This document shows, in pieces, positions 1 to 8,750 of a DNA stretch of 64,000 nt. The DNA comes from Candidatus Saccharimonadota bacterium. Its GTDB lineage: Bacteria; Patescibacteriota; Saccharimonadia; Saccharimonadales; AWTP1-31. The notes beneath the pieces were generated by a model. It was not told the DNA's origin. It saw only the letters and a program-made list of their open reading frames with translations, and ran no database searches. Where the stretch lies: assembly GCA_052034955.1 (NCBI GenBank), contig JBPOHZ010000006.1:23009-87008 (forward strand), given 5' to 3'. Made by a program: the position numbers and the translations under genes. Positions within the stretch are counted from its first letter, which is position 1. Every line of letters starts with the position of its first letter.

Positions 1-432
1 CCCAGCCAGTCCGTATAGGCCTAATATTCTAGAGGCGAACCTTAAGGGTGTGGACATTAGTAGTAGCGCTGGCGAACCCATCGGTAAGGTATTATCTATG
101 CTACCTTGGGGGCCCATCCAGACTATTGCCACCAGCCAGCTAATCAGCAAGTCCGCCAAAGCCATAACTGGTACAGCGACCAGTAAAGTCCTGGCCCGGG
201 ATTTTTTCTGGCGTAAGCGATCCAAGAAGTTAAAGCTCTGCCAGATTACAGCACTAGATATGGAAACGTTAACAACCAGCACTAAAGTGGCTATCAACAT
301 GCCAGGAATCTTACCCCCGGCTAGCTCAAGATTGTCGGTAATAAAAACCCACGACCACATTACCGAGAACCAGGCAATTAAGCCGATCAACAATGGTCGG
401 CTACGCCAAAATGATAAAGCGGACTTTTTCAT
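1..432 (-). CDS. Polytopic membrane protein, 5' part only (gene continues past left edge)
   Basis: Own minus-strand translation from ATG at 430-432: MKKSALSFWRSRPLLIGLIAWFSVMWSWVF...RILGLYGLAG, 144 codons with no stop down to position 1. Several hydrophobic spans. Absent from the ORF track only because the window edge truncates it. The last part loosely recalls Lnt-type acyltransferases, but I do not assert that. Confidence 0.6.
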   Translation of the reverse strand, partial: MKKSALSFWRSRPLLIGLIAWFSVMWSWVFITDNLELAGGKIPGMLIATLVLVVNVSISSAVIWQSFNFLDRLRQKKSRARTLLVAVPVMALADLLISWLVAIVWMGPQGSIDNTLPMGSPALLLMSTPLRFASRILGLYGLAG

Positions 433-438
433 AATCAA

Positions 439-711
439 CTATCCAATACGAATCAGCAGCATTTCGGTAGTGACAGATTTTTCTGCCTGTCGGTTGTAAT
501 AGTAGTTCATGGCTGTATATCCAATTAGGGCAGACAGTACCAAGCCAAGCACCAGGGCCAGGGTACGAGTAATTCGGCTATGAAAGAGTGGGCCCATGCT
601 TACCCTGTTGACCGTTGGCTTAGCCTGAAAAGGCTCTGCTTCGGGCAAAGGAATAACCTTTGGCTTAGGGGGAGCGCTTAGATCAAATGGGTTAAAATCT
701 TCTTTCTGCAT
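439..711 (-). CDS. Small single-pass membrane protein, no family recognised
   Basis: 90 aa. Pro-rich N-terminus (PPKPKVIPLPEAEP), then one hydrophobic helix LALVLGLVLSALIGYTAM. Ends 7 nt before the next minus-strand ATG (432), so probably co-transcribed. Confidence 0.5.
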   Translation of the reverse strand: MQKEDFNPFDLSAPPKPKVIPLPEAEPFQAKPTVNRVSMGPLFHSRITRTLALVLGLVLSALIGYTAMNYYYNRQAEKSVTTEMLLIRIG

Positions 712-745
712 ACATAAGCAGTATAGAGTAAAGCGGACCTATCGG

Positions 746-1402
746 CTACGGCTGAGTGCTATTAATGCCAGGTAGTTCTTTGGCATCTTTTGGAACTTCG
801 ACACTGACTTCTTTGTAGTCATATTCGATAGTAGAAGTGGCTCCGCCAGATTGACCAGAAACTTTTACAACTCGCTTAGTGGCATTATCGATATAAATCT
901 TGGTGCTGGTGCCGTCGGTATTAGCAACCTGCCAGACATCACACTTGCCCGTCTTGCAATCCTCGGTGGCCAATTTCTGGGAAGACTGCTTGAAAGTTTC
1001 TAGGCTACTTTCGCTATATTGGTAGGCCTTAGGGTCAAAGCTAGCTCCCTGTCCTTTGCCAAGTACAAACTTGAAGCATCCACCTTCATCCTGACAGGTG
1101 TAGTAGGCATCTTTGGTATAGATCATAGCTAGCGATCCGTCATTCTCGTCGGCACTATAGCGAACTGCCCCGGTCTTGGCGTCAGATTCCATAACGGCAA
1201 CAGTGGTCTTACCTTTCGAAACGGTTGTAATGGTCGCTTCGAAAGAAAGCTTGGAGTTCGCTACCGGGCTAAAAGTATTAGAGGAATTACTTGATGTATT
1301 GGAGTCATCTTTATCTCCAGAACCCTTGGTTACACTGTAAATTCCAAAACCGCCACCAACAACCACTATGGCGCCAATTAATATTATTGCTAGTTTCTTC
1401 AT
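746..1402 (-). CDS. Membrane-anchored or secreted protein, unknown function
   Basis: 218 aa. N-terminal anchor MKKLAIILIGAIVVVGGGFGIY, Ser/Asn-rich linker, Cys-containing beta-rich ectodomain. 22 Lys vs 2 Arg. Confidence 0.6.
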   Translation of the reverse strand: MKKLAIILIGAIVVVGGGFGIYSVTKGSGDKDDSNTSSNSSNTFSPVANSKLSFEATITTVSKGKTTVAVMESDAKTGAVRYSADENDGSLAMIYTKDAYYTCQDEGGCFKFVLGKGQGASFDPKAYQYSESSLETFKQSSQKLATEDCKTGKCDVWQVANTDGTSTKIYIDNATKRVVKVSGQSGGATSTIEYDYKEVSVEVPKDAKELPGINSTQP

Positions 1403-1456
1403 AATCTCTCCCTTTATATACTCAGTATACCCTGGCTGTCCACAGCCTGTTAGGCG

Positions 1457-2068
1457 CTATTGGAACCTAGGGATACTAAAGCCTATCGGGGCATAGGATG
1501 TTCCAAGAGCTTCAAGCATACGGGTAATAAGACTACGACGCCTTGGCCCACTAGAGAATTCAGCCTGTTCCTCGATGGACTGCTTAACTCTAAAGTTATC
1601 TGGCCCAAAAACAAGCTGCCCATTAGCCCTCATGGCCGATATTACGCCGGGTACATATCTAAACTCATTATCAAATTCTTCTGGTTCGGCAATGGCCAAA
1701 CTATCACCAGGACGAATAATGCCCATGGTAGCAAAGGGCTCAATCTTGAACTGATTTATACAGATTGGAAGCCAAGAACCTACTCTTAGTCGTCGGTTTC
1801 CAGCAAAGAACGGCATAGAATCGACTAAGCGAACTGCCTCTGTCTGATCTGTTATTAGGCATACAGTCTTATCCCGATAGGGTCCCTCGGGACTTACGGT
1901 GTCTATCTCTACATAAGTGTTGTCGGGCAAGGTGGCCAAGCGAACACCCCCAAGTTTAGCTAGCTGCTCCTGGCGCACAACTTCGATAAACCTATGCTCT
2001 GGTTCAATATCAACAAATACTGCGTCAACCGCCCCTGTAAGTTCGGGGTCATACTGGTGTGAGGACAT
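1457..2068 (-). CDS. Hypothetical cytoplasmic protein (Arg-rich orphan)
   Basis: 203-aa ORF with no hydrophobic segment. 17 Arg vs 4 Lys. Starts 2 nt after the stop of the 2071-2415 ORF. No family recognised. Confidence 0.55.
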   Translation of the reverse strand: MSSHQYDPELTGAVDAVFVDIEPEHRFIEVVRQEQLAKLGGVRLATLPDNTYVEIDTVSPEGPYRDKTVCLITDQTEAVRLVDSMPFFAGNRRLRVGSWLPICINQFKIEPFATMGIIRPGDSLAIAEPEEFDNEFRYVPGVISAMRANGQLVFGPDNFRVKQSIEEQAEFSSGPRRRSLITRMLEALGTSYAPIGFSIPRFQ

Positions 2069-2070
2069 AT

Positions 2071-2415
2071 TCAGATTGTACCGACAAGTGTCCGAGGTGT
2101 ATAGCCCTGTACGGCGCGAGGTTTAAAACCTCGTGGGGTGTAGCTTTCGCGAGAGGTGCGTAAGCGACCGGTCATTTGGTTGCTAATTGTTCCCCTGGCC
2201 TGCTGCCTGGTTACTTCGGGCTGTTGAATGACGCGCTCCGTAACTGGTAATAAATAGCTGTGCGCCGAGGCAGTCTCCATGACGGGTTCTGGAAAGTGAG
2301 GCACTAATGTAGCCGAAAGAGCCCCTAAAATAGAATGTCCGTAATGGATGCCGACTTCTATGGGATCGTCGGCTAAATTCTCGTAGGTTAGTGTGAGGTC
2401 AGAAAGTAGGCTCAT
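2071..2415 (-). CDS. Hypothetical cytoplasmic protein (Arg-rich orphan)
   Basis: 114-aa ORF. 9 Arg vs 1 Lys. Basic, probably disordered C-terminal half (RGTISNQMTGRLRTSRESYTPRGFKPRAVQGYTPR). Tightly coupled to 1457-2068. Confidence 0.5.
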   Translation of the reverse strand: MSLLSDLTLTYENLADDPIEVGIHYGHSILGALSATLVPHFPEPVMETASAHSYLLPVTERVIQQPEVTRQQARGTISNQMTGRLRTSRESYTPRGFKPRAVQGYTPRTLVGTI

Positions 2416-2532
2416 GCTTTTTTGATTTTTGTTTTATGTTTGTACTTTCAAGTGTATACCGCTTACCGCTTATGTCAACTTACTTGCCTACTGTTAGATA
2501 CAGGACTATGCTAAGAACATAAAGGGGGAAAC

Positions 2533-3705
2533 ATGAAGAGAATCTCAATTCGCACCGGCCTCATCAGCTTAATATTATTTGGTGGACTGTTCGCCATCCT
2601 AGGATTTGGCACCGTCCGGGCCCAGTCATTTCATACTGGTGATAATGTAATTTTTAGCAAAGATAAAAAGATCGACCAAACAGTCTACGCTGCTGGGCGA
2701 AACATAGATATCGCCAGCGAGATATCTGGCGACCTATTCTGTGGCGGCCAAACCGTTACCATATCGGGGACAGTCCACGGAGATGTGATCTGTGCCGGCC
2801 AGACACTTAATGTAACTGGTAAAGTTGACGGTGATGTCCGTCTGGCGGGACAAACAGTCAATCTTGATGGAATGGTAAACGGCAACGCAAGCATTGGCGG
2901 CCAAACCTTCAACCTAGGATCAAAGGCCAAGATAATGGGTGATGCTAGTATTGGATCTAGCGCATCGGCATTGAACGGTACTATTGGTAGAGATCTTGCT
3001 GTTGGCAGCGAATCCATAACCGTCAATAATCTCATCGGCCGTGACATAAAAGCCAGTGTTGGCAAAATTGAGCTCACCGATCAGGCGCAGGTAAAAGGAT
3101 CTATCGACTACACCAGCAGTAACGAACTGATAAAGAGCAGTGGCGCACAGATTGGCGGTAAGGTTAGTCAAACCCTGCCAAAACAAGAGTCTCGACCCAA
3201 GAACGGAGCTGCATTTGGTATGGTTTTGGGCTGGATTATTTATCTACTTGTAGCACTGAGCATCGTATCGATGACATTAGCACTACTTTACCCCGCCCTA
3301 CTTCCAAGAGTTACCAACCGGGCATTTCCTAGGCCATTCAAAGCCTTCTTTACCGGTTTCATATTCAACCTAGTTGCGCCGGCCATCATCGGACTAACAG
3401 CCATCACCGTAATTGGCGTTCCGTTGGCCGTCATTTTGGCCATCGGTTGGATATTAGTGCTCTCTTTGAGCGGACCGTTTGCCGGCTACTATCTTGGACG
3501 ATTAGTGCTTAGGGGCAATCAGAATGTTCCAGCCATAATGTTTGGCGGAGGAACGCTTTTGCTACTAACCTACTTCATACCTTTCATCGGGATGATCGCT
3601 CTAATATTTGCCGCTTCAATCGGTACCGGAATGATCCTTCTTGAACTGGAAGCCAGCACACCAAGACCGGTGTATAACATCGATTCCAAGCCAAAAAAGA
3701 AATAG
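2533..3705 (+). CDS. Bactofilin-like beta-helix repeat protein with polytopic membrane C-terminus
   Basis: SD AAAGGGGGA before the ATG. N-terminal anchor LISLILFGGLFAILGF. About 170 aa of G-D-V/x-x-x-G-Q-T-x-N-x-x-G repeats (GDLFCGGQTVTISGTVHGDVICAGQTLNVTGKVDGDVRLAGQTVNLDG...). Then 4-5 hydrophobic helices. Confidence 0.7.
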   Translation: MKRISIRTGLISLILFGGLFAILGFGTVRAQSFHTGDNVIFSKDKKIDQTVYAAGRNIDIASEISGDLFCGGQTVTISGTVHGDVICAGQTLNVTGKVDGDVRLAGQTVNLDGMVNGNASIGGQTFNLGSKAKIMGDASIGSSASALNGTIGRDLAVGSESITVNNLIGRDIKASVGKIELTDQAQVKGSIDYTSSNELIKSSGAQIGGKVSQTLPKQESRPKNGAAFGMVLGWIIYLLVALSIVSMTLALLYPALLPRVTNRAFPRPFKAFFTGFIFNLVAPAIIGLTAITVIGVPLAVILAIGWILVLSLSGPFAGYYLGRLVLRGNQNVPAIMFGGGTLLLLTYFIPFIGMIALIFAASIGTGMILLELEASTPRPVYNIDSKPKKK

Positions 3706-3750
3706 TACTCATGCTTGCTATCTAGGTTGTCTAGGAAGATAATCTCCAGC

Positions 3751-4470
3751 ATGTCAAAAATTGATGCCCGAGACGCCCTAACACGACCTGTTACCTCCCG
3801 AATTATGATGCTAGAGTCTCCGGAGGCGCTGGATCAATTCAAAAAACTCGCCCCTTTCACCGAAATGGCCGAAATACGTGACGACAAATTAGGCATGCAT
3901 TTGCCAAGTGTGATGAAAGCCTTGGAAACAATAACCAGAACTACTGGAACAATCTACACTAACCGCCTAGCATCTGAGGGCGGTGGGTGGATGGGCGATG
4001 ACAATATACGTCTTTACGGCTTCCGAAGAGCGCTTGAGATTGCCGATGCCGTCGATGTCGAGATGGCTTCGCCAATTGCCCCCAGTGTAATCTCGGCCGC
4101 CCGTTCTGCTGGCAAGATATCTATCGCTTCTTACCACGATTTTAAGGGCACACCCCATGTGCAGATACTAGAGAACATCTATGATTACGGCCTAAGACTA
4201 GGTGCCGATTTTGTAAAGATCGCGACCACCACCAATAACGCCCTCCAGAAAGACAGAATCATAGAATTCTCATCGCTAACCGACCATACCGCAATTGTTA
4301 GCAGTATGGGCGATCTAGGTGTTGAAACCAGGTGCATATTGGCCCTTTTTGGGACGCCTGCTATGTATATCCGACCGGCCGGCATTGGCGAGGGTGTGCC
4401 GGGACAAATGGACCACGAAACTGCCGATTTATTTTACACGGCCACTGGCCTTCATGATCTAACTACTTAG
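3751..4470 (+). CDS. aroD: 3-dehydroquinate dehydratase, type I
   Basis: The track ORF starts at TTG 3715; the first ATG is 3751. Motifs parallel E. coli AroD: AEIRDD (EWRVD), YTNRLASEGGG (FTFRSAKEGG), SYHDFKGTP (SNHDFHKTP), Schiff-base Lys in VKIA, SMGDLGVETR, VPGQ. Confidence 0.8.
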   Translation: MSKIDARDALTRPVTSRIMMLESPEALDQFKKLAPFTEMAEIRDDKLGMHLPSVMKALETITRTTGTIYTNRLASEGGGWMGDDNIRLYGFRRALEIADAVDVEMASPIAPSVISAARSAGKISIASYHDFKGTPHVQILENIYDYGLRLGADFVKIATTTNNALQKDRIIEFSSLTDHTAIVSSMGDLGVETRCILALFGTPAMYIRPAGIGEGVPGQMDHETADLFYTATGLHDLTT

Positions 4471-5786
4471 GGAGCTAGGCGGTTAATATCGCGTGGGAAC
4501 AGGGTTGCTTCTTTGATGTTGTCTAGCTTGAATAGCTTTTCGACAACTCGCTCTAGACCTAGACCAAACCCACCGTGGGCTGGCATACCATACTTGAAAG
4601 CAGAAACATAAGGAGCAAAGCCAGGGTGCTCAGGGTCAACGCCTTTAATTTTCATCTGTTCCAGAAGTGCTGGATAGCTGTTTTCACGCATACTTAAGGT
4701 GGCTATTTCGACGCCACGGAACAATAAGTCTGCCCGTTGAGCAATACTCGGATCCTGCTCATCTGCTTTGTGGTAGAACTTAAAGGTCTTGCTGTTAGAG
4801 CTCCAGCCGGTTACAAATACGGCATCTGTTCCCTTGTTCTTCTTGGCCCATTCACAGATCCATTTCTCTTCCGCTGGGGCAAGGTCGTCCTCGCCAGTAT
4901 GGTCTTCTTTGGTGGCTTTTAGGAACATCTCGTGGATTTCGTCTATGGTAATCCGTGGGATTTCTTCGGCAGTAGCTGGCAATGCAACCTTAGGTACGTT
5001 CCACATCTTAAAGGCGTCTTGGTTTGATTCCCAAGTACTCTCAACGATATGAATTAGTAATCCACCTCCAAAATTGAGGAGATCTTCAAAGGTAATGTAA
5101 CCCATCTCGGCATCGACACTGACAAATTCGGTCATGTGGCGAGTAGTAGCACTCGGCTCGGCCCTAAAGACTGGTGCGATTTCGTAAACTCGCTCAAATA
5201 CGCCAACCATCATCTGCTTATAGAATTGTGGACTCTGCGCCAAGGTGGCTTCTTTGCCAAAGTAGTCGAGCTTGAACACTTCGGTGCCGCCTTCCGTTGC
5301 CTCGGCCAACAATTTTGGAGTATGCATTTCGGTAAACTCATTTTGCTCGAAATACTCACGAATAGCCTTGCCGACACTCGACTGTGTTTTAAACAGTGCC
5401 GTTTCCTGTAAGTTACGAAGTCCAATGGCTCGGTTGTCTAGTAGTGTGTCGAGGTGCTCGCTTTTATGGCTAAGTGGCTTATCTATCTCGATAGGTGGCT
5501 CGATGTCCACAGGTACTAAAACAGTAATTGTAGGGTCGTGTAATTCGGCTCCACCTGGGGCGCGTTCGTCTGGGAATACTGTACCAGTGATCTCGACCAC
5601 TGTACCGATCTGCATACCGCGAAGTTTTTCGACTTCCTCGCCCTTCTCTACCAATACTTGAGTTAGTCCCGAACGGTCTCGAATGTTAAGGAAGTTTAGG
5701 CCTCCCATTAATCTTTTTTTGTGTATCCACCCCTGTATTGTGACTTGTCCGTCGCTTGTTGCGACATCTCTTGCTAATGTTCTCAT
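4467..5786 (-). CDS. aspS: Aspartyl-tRNA synthetase, short archaeal/eukaryote-like type
   Basis: 439 aa class II aaRS. QSPQFYKQ signature, motif 2 FRAEPSATTRHMTEF, motif 3 GGFGLGLERVV, C-terminal FPRDINRLAP. Too short to contain the bacterial GAD insertion. Confidence 0.9.
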   Translation of the reverse strand: MRTLARDVATSDGQVTIQGWIHKKRLMGGLNFLNIRDRSGLTQVLVEKGEEVEKLRGMQIGTVVEITGTVFPDERAPGGAELHDPTITVLVPVDIEPPIEIDKPLSHKSEHLDTLLDNRAIGLRNLQETALFKTQSSVGKAIREYFEQNEFTEMHTPKLLAEATEGGTEVFKLDYFGKEATLAQSPQFYKQMMVGVFERVYEIAPVFRAEPSATTRHMTEFVSVDAEMGYITFEDLLNFGGGLLIHIVESTWESNQDAFKMWNVPKVALPATAEEIPRITIDEIHEMFLKATKEDHTGEDDLAPAEEKWICEWAKKNKGTDAVFVTGWSSNSKTFKFYHKADEQDPSIAQRADLLFRGVEIATLSMRENSYPALLEQMKIKGVDPEHPGFAPYVSAFKYGMPAHGGFGLGLERVVEKLFKLDNIKEATLFPRDINRLAP

Positions 5787-5823
5787 AGAATCCTTAAGTT
5801 AGTTTGCTTAGGGGCTTTTGCAG

Positions 5824-5871
5824 GGGTCGATTACACGTTAAGACTCGCCGGTGTCGTCTTAACGTCGACCC
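5824..5871 (-). other. Long imperfect hairpin in the aspS 5' leader
   Basis: GGGTCG (5824-5829) pairs with CGACCC (5866-5871). ACGTTAAGAC (5835-5844) pairs with GTCTTAACGT (5856-5865). That is 16 bp in total, with a 5-nt bulge and an 11-nt loop. No U-tract on either strand. Confidence 0.5.
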
Positions 5872-5915
5872 GGAGATTATTATCTGTGTTTCGTACCACT
5901 GTTATCATGGGCTAA

Positions 5916-5924
5916 ATTATAACA
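5916..5924 (-). promoter_or_regulatory. Candidate extended -10 (TGTTATAAT) for aspS
   Basis: The minus strand reads TGTTATAAT, about 130 nt upstream of the aspS ATG and just downstream of the preceding gene's stop (5936). Confidence 0.45.
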
Positions 5925-5935
5925 TATTGGTGGTT

Positions 5936-6997
5936 TTATTGCTGGTCTTGGCTATTGTCGGCAGCTGGTTCTTCTTCTGGGGTATGTCGATGGGTCTTGG
6001 CGTCCTTCTTGGCTTCCAGTGCTGCAACAGCTCGCAAGTCCTCGTAACGGTCAAACTCGTCAACAATTTGTTTGCCAAGTACCTGTTCTAAAACATCTTC
6101 TATGGTAATTACGCCAACCACTTCTTCGAAAGAGTTAACAACTATGAATAAGTGATGCTTGGTCCTCAGAAAGGCCTGAAGAGCGTGCTGCAGAGGCTTT
6201 TCCTCGTTTACATAATAAACAGCTTTCTTCATGTGGTCTTTAACGGTGCCGCCTTGTTTTACATTGACCAGATCGCGCATAAACAGGGTTCCGACAATCT
6301 CGTCTGGCTTGTCTCCAATAACCGGGAATCTAGAAAAGCCACTCTTGTGAAGTTCGTCCATAAGTAGCGGACCGGTAGAGTCGGTTTGATTAACAGTGCG
6401 GACAACTCGTTTAGGGGTCATGACCTCTCGAATTAGTTTATCGCTAAACACTAAGGCGCTCTTAACAATCCCTAGTTCGTAGGCAGTCATGCGGTTATCG
6501 GGTTGTTGCTGCTGCTTATCGAGTAGATCAATAAGATCTTCTTTCTGATAAAGACCGCTATGGAACGTAAACCGTCTGTTCTTTTGGATAAATTCGCCTA
6601 GTTTATTAAGTAAAGGATAGGTATGAGACAAAACCCAAGCAATAACTGGAGATAAATACTTAGCTAGTTTTTCACTAAACCCACTTACCTGAGAGGTAGG
6701 CAGCCAAGCAAAGCCAACCCACAGTAGCGCTGCACAACCAAATATTGCCAGCCAAGAAGGCAAACTAGCAGACAAGGCCACAAAGAAACCGGCCGCACTT
6801 AATCCAATAATCCCCCAAAGCAGCAGGTCTAGGCTGGCACCATAAGATACCGCCGAGTGAAGCGCCTTGGCCATTTCATCATCTTTTTTGGCTCGCCGCT
6901 TTAGCTCTTTTAAAGGAACTTTGGAATAAGTCTTTTGCACAGAAATACAAGCCAAAGTGAATGCTGCTAATAGCAATACTAGTAGGAACTTAATCAT
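5936..6997 (-). CDS. CNNM/CorB-type membrane protein (DUF21 + CBS pair), putative Mg/Co efflux or hemolysin-like
   Basis: 353 aa. N-terminal hydrophobic helices, then two CBS motifs (VMTPKRVV..., FPVIGDKPDEIVGTLFMRDLV, HHLFIVVNSFEEVVGVITIEDVLEQV). No CorC/HlyC C-terminal domain. Confidence 0.8.
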   Translation of the reverse strand: MIKFLLVLLLAAFTLACISVQKTYSKVPLKELKRRAKKDDEMAKALHSAVSYGASLDLLLWGIIGLSAAGFFVALSASLPSWLAIFGCAALLWVGFAWLPTSQVSGFSEKLAKYLSPVIAWVLSHTYPLLNKLGEFIQKNRRFTFHSGLYQKEDLIDLLDKQQQQPDNRMTAYELGIVKSALVFSDKLIREVMTPKRVVRTVNQTDSTGPLLMDELHKSGFSRFPVIGDKPDEIVGTLFMRDLVNVKQGGTVKDHMKKAVYYVNEEKPLQHALQAFLRTKHHLFIVVNSFEEVVGVITIEDVLEQVLGKQIVDEFDRYEDLRAVAALEAKKDAKTHRHTPEEEPAADNSQDQQ

Positions 6998-7069
6998 GAC
7001 ATTAGTATAACAGGCCTGCGTTCAGCAGACTCTCAGGTATTGAGTTGGACAACCTGGTATACTCGTGTC

Positions 7070-7711
7070 ATGAGTAAACAATTTTTGATCGCGATAGTAG
7101 TTAGTATTTTGGCACTTTTTGGTATTTATGCCTTAACCTCCGACAAGGACGGCAAAAAAGCCGATTCTGGAAGCAGCAACACCTCTTCTTTAAGCAATAA
7201 CGTCACTGGCGATAACTCCAAAAAAGTATCACTCGTCGAATACGGCGACTTCCAATGCCCTGCTTGTGGTAAATACCATCCCTTGGTAAAGCAAGTAGTA
7301 GAAAAATACTCCAAGGATATTCAGTTCCAATTCCGTAACTACCCGCTTCAACAGATTCACCCCAATGCCAGGGCCGGGTCTAGAGCCGCAGAAGCAGCCG
7401 CCAAACAAGGAAAATACTGGGAGATGCATGACAAACTATACGAGTCACAGGCCAGCTGGTCATCAAGCAGCACAGCAACCACTATATTCGAAGGTTACGC
7501 CCAAGAAATCGGACTAGACCTGGCTAAGTACAAAACAGATTTTGCCAGCGATGCCGTCAACAGCACTATTAATGCCGACTTTGCCGAAGGAACTAAACTT
7601 GGAGTTAACTCAACACCAACCTTCTTCCTACAAGGAAAGAAGATCGTAAATCCTCAAGACTTAGATGGCTTTAGCAAACTAATCGACGAGGCTATCAAGA
7701 ACTCTAAGTAG
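7070..7711 (+). CDS. DsbA-family thiol:disulfide oxidoreductase, membrane-anchored
   Basis: CPAC active site in GDFQCPACGKYHP. Anchor FLIAIVVSILALFGIYAL. ATG 7070 preferred over the track's TTG 7040. A -10 TATACT at 7058-7063 lies 6 nt before the ATG. Confidence 0.8.
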   Translation: MSKQFLIAIVVSILALFGIYALTSDKDGKKADSGSSNTSSLSNNVTGDNSKKVSLVEYGDFQCPACGKYHPLVKQVVEKYSKDIQFQFRNYPLQQIHPNARAGSRAAEAAAKQGKYWEMHDKLYESQASWSSSSTATTIFEGYAQEIGLDLAKYKTDFASDAVNSTINADFAEGTKLGVNSTPTFFLQGKKIVNPQDLDGFSKLIDEAIKNSK

Positions 7712-8720
7712 ACCAAGTTGGGACCGGTTTTCGAACGGTTCTTGGATCTTCCCTCATTTGTCTTGCTTGCAAGAAAGCCCCCTTCATGACTCTTGCTAGT
7801 GCTCTTCGGTCCGGTGAATCAAACGCCAGCTCCCCCTCCTGCCTCATGCCTGTAAAACAGTAGACTTGTCCGATTGCCTGATGGATAAGCATTTCTATTC
7901 CCTGGATTGCAATACCGCCTGATGACTCCTGCACCTGCTTTATCAAGGGGGTTACCAACGGGTCATATACGGCATCTAGGACTACGTGGTCATTTATAAT
8001 CATTCCTTCCAGAGGAGAAACGCCCTGGCCCGGGGTATTGGCCTGACCAATGGAAGTAGTGTTAATAACTATGTCGGCCGTTCTTAGTTTTCTGGCTAAC
8101 TCTGAGCCGGGTGCGTTATCCAGCGGAACTGCCTGGAACCATGTCTCTGGCCAAAGCTGGGACATAGATTCGGCCAAATCTTGGGCGCTAGATAATGTAC
8201 GATTAGCAATAACAACCTGTTCAGCGCCGGCTCGCCCGCCAGCATAGGCAGCAGCCATTCCGGTACCGCCTGCACCTAGCTGTAACACACATTGACCCTC
8301 TATGGGCTGATCGTTGGCCTCGAGAGCCCCAACGATGCCCTGCCAATCGGTATTGTAGCCAATCCAGACGTCTCCAGCAGCCACCAATGTATTGGTTGCC
8401 CCAATGTGTCTTACCGATGGATCTCCAGCTACAACGAGGCCCGATTCTAGAACATCTAGTTTAAAAGGGACAGTCACGCTCAACCCTCTGACCCGACCTT
8501 CTAGAAGTGTTTGTTGTAAGAAGTCGCCAACCATTTTTTTGCGACCTTCGAGGCTATCTTCTTTGGGCAAATTCATTGCTCCGTAATAGAAATCATCGGC
8601 TAACTCAAATGCCTGATATGCGGCATTCTGAATATCCGGTGAATATGAATTATCTACATGTGTGCCGACCACGAACAAGTTTGGTTCTTTTTCTCTACTC
8701 ATAGACGTATTGTGCCACAT
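7704..8720 (-). CDS. aroE: Shikimate dehydrogenase
   Basis: SYSPDIQNAAY, GLSVTVPFK, GATNT, NTDWQG, Rossmann GAGGTGMAAAYA. About 50-aa C-terminal extension. The 3' end overlaps the dsbA-like gene by 8 nt. Confidence 0.8.
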   Translation of the reverse strand: MWHNTSMSREKEPNLFVVGTHVDNSYSPDIQNAAYQAFELADDFYYGAMNLPKEDSLEGRKKMVGDFLQQTLLEGRVRGLSVTVPFKLDVLESGLVVAGDPSVRHIGATNTLVAAGDVWIGYNTDWQGIVGALEANDQPIEGQCVLQLGAGGTGMAAAYAGGRAGAEQVVIANRTLSSAQDLAESMSQLWPETWFQAVPLDNAPGSELARKLRTADIVINTTSIGQANTPGQGVSPLEGMIINDHVVLDAVYDPLVTPLIKQVQESSGGIAIQGIEMLIHQAIGQVYCFTGMRQEGELAFDSPDRRALARVMKGAFLQARQMREDPRTVRKPVPTWST

Positions 8721-8750
8721 CTAACAGGCCTTAGCACAAGCTTAATTTAA

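Noticed and set aside
50-499. 149-aa plus-strand ORF from the track
   Set aside because: It is antisense to a cleaner minus-strand reading frame: ATG at 432, 144 codons with no stop to position 1, and a plausible polytopic membrane protein. The plus-strand product has no recognisable features and looks like a shadow ORF.
5787-5935. T-box leader upstream of aspS
   Set aside because: The leader is only ~120 nt, contains a single hairpin, and lacks the T-box sequence (GGTGGTACCGCG-like), the specifier-loop architecture and a terminator U-tract.
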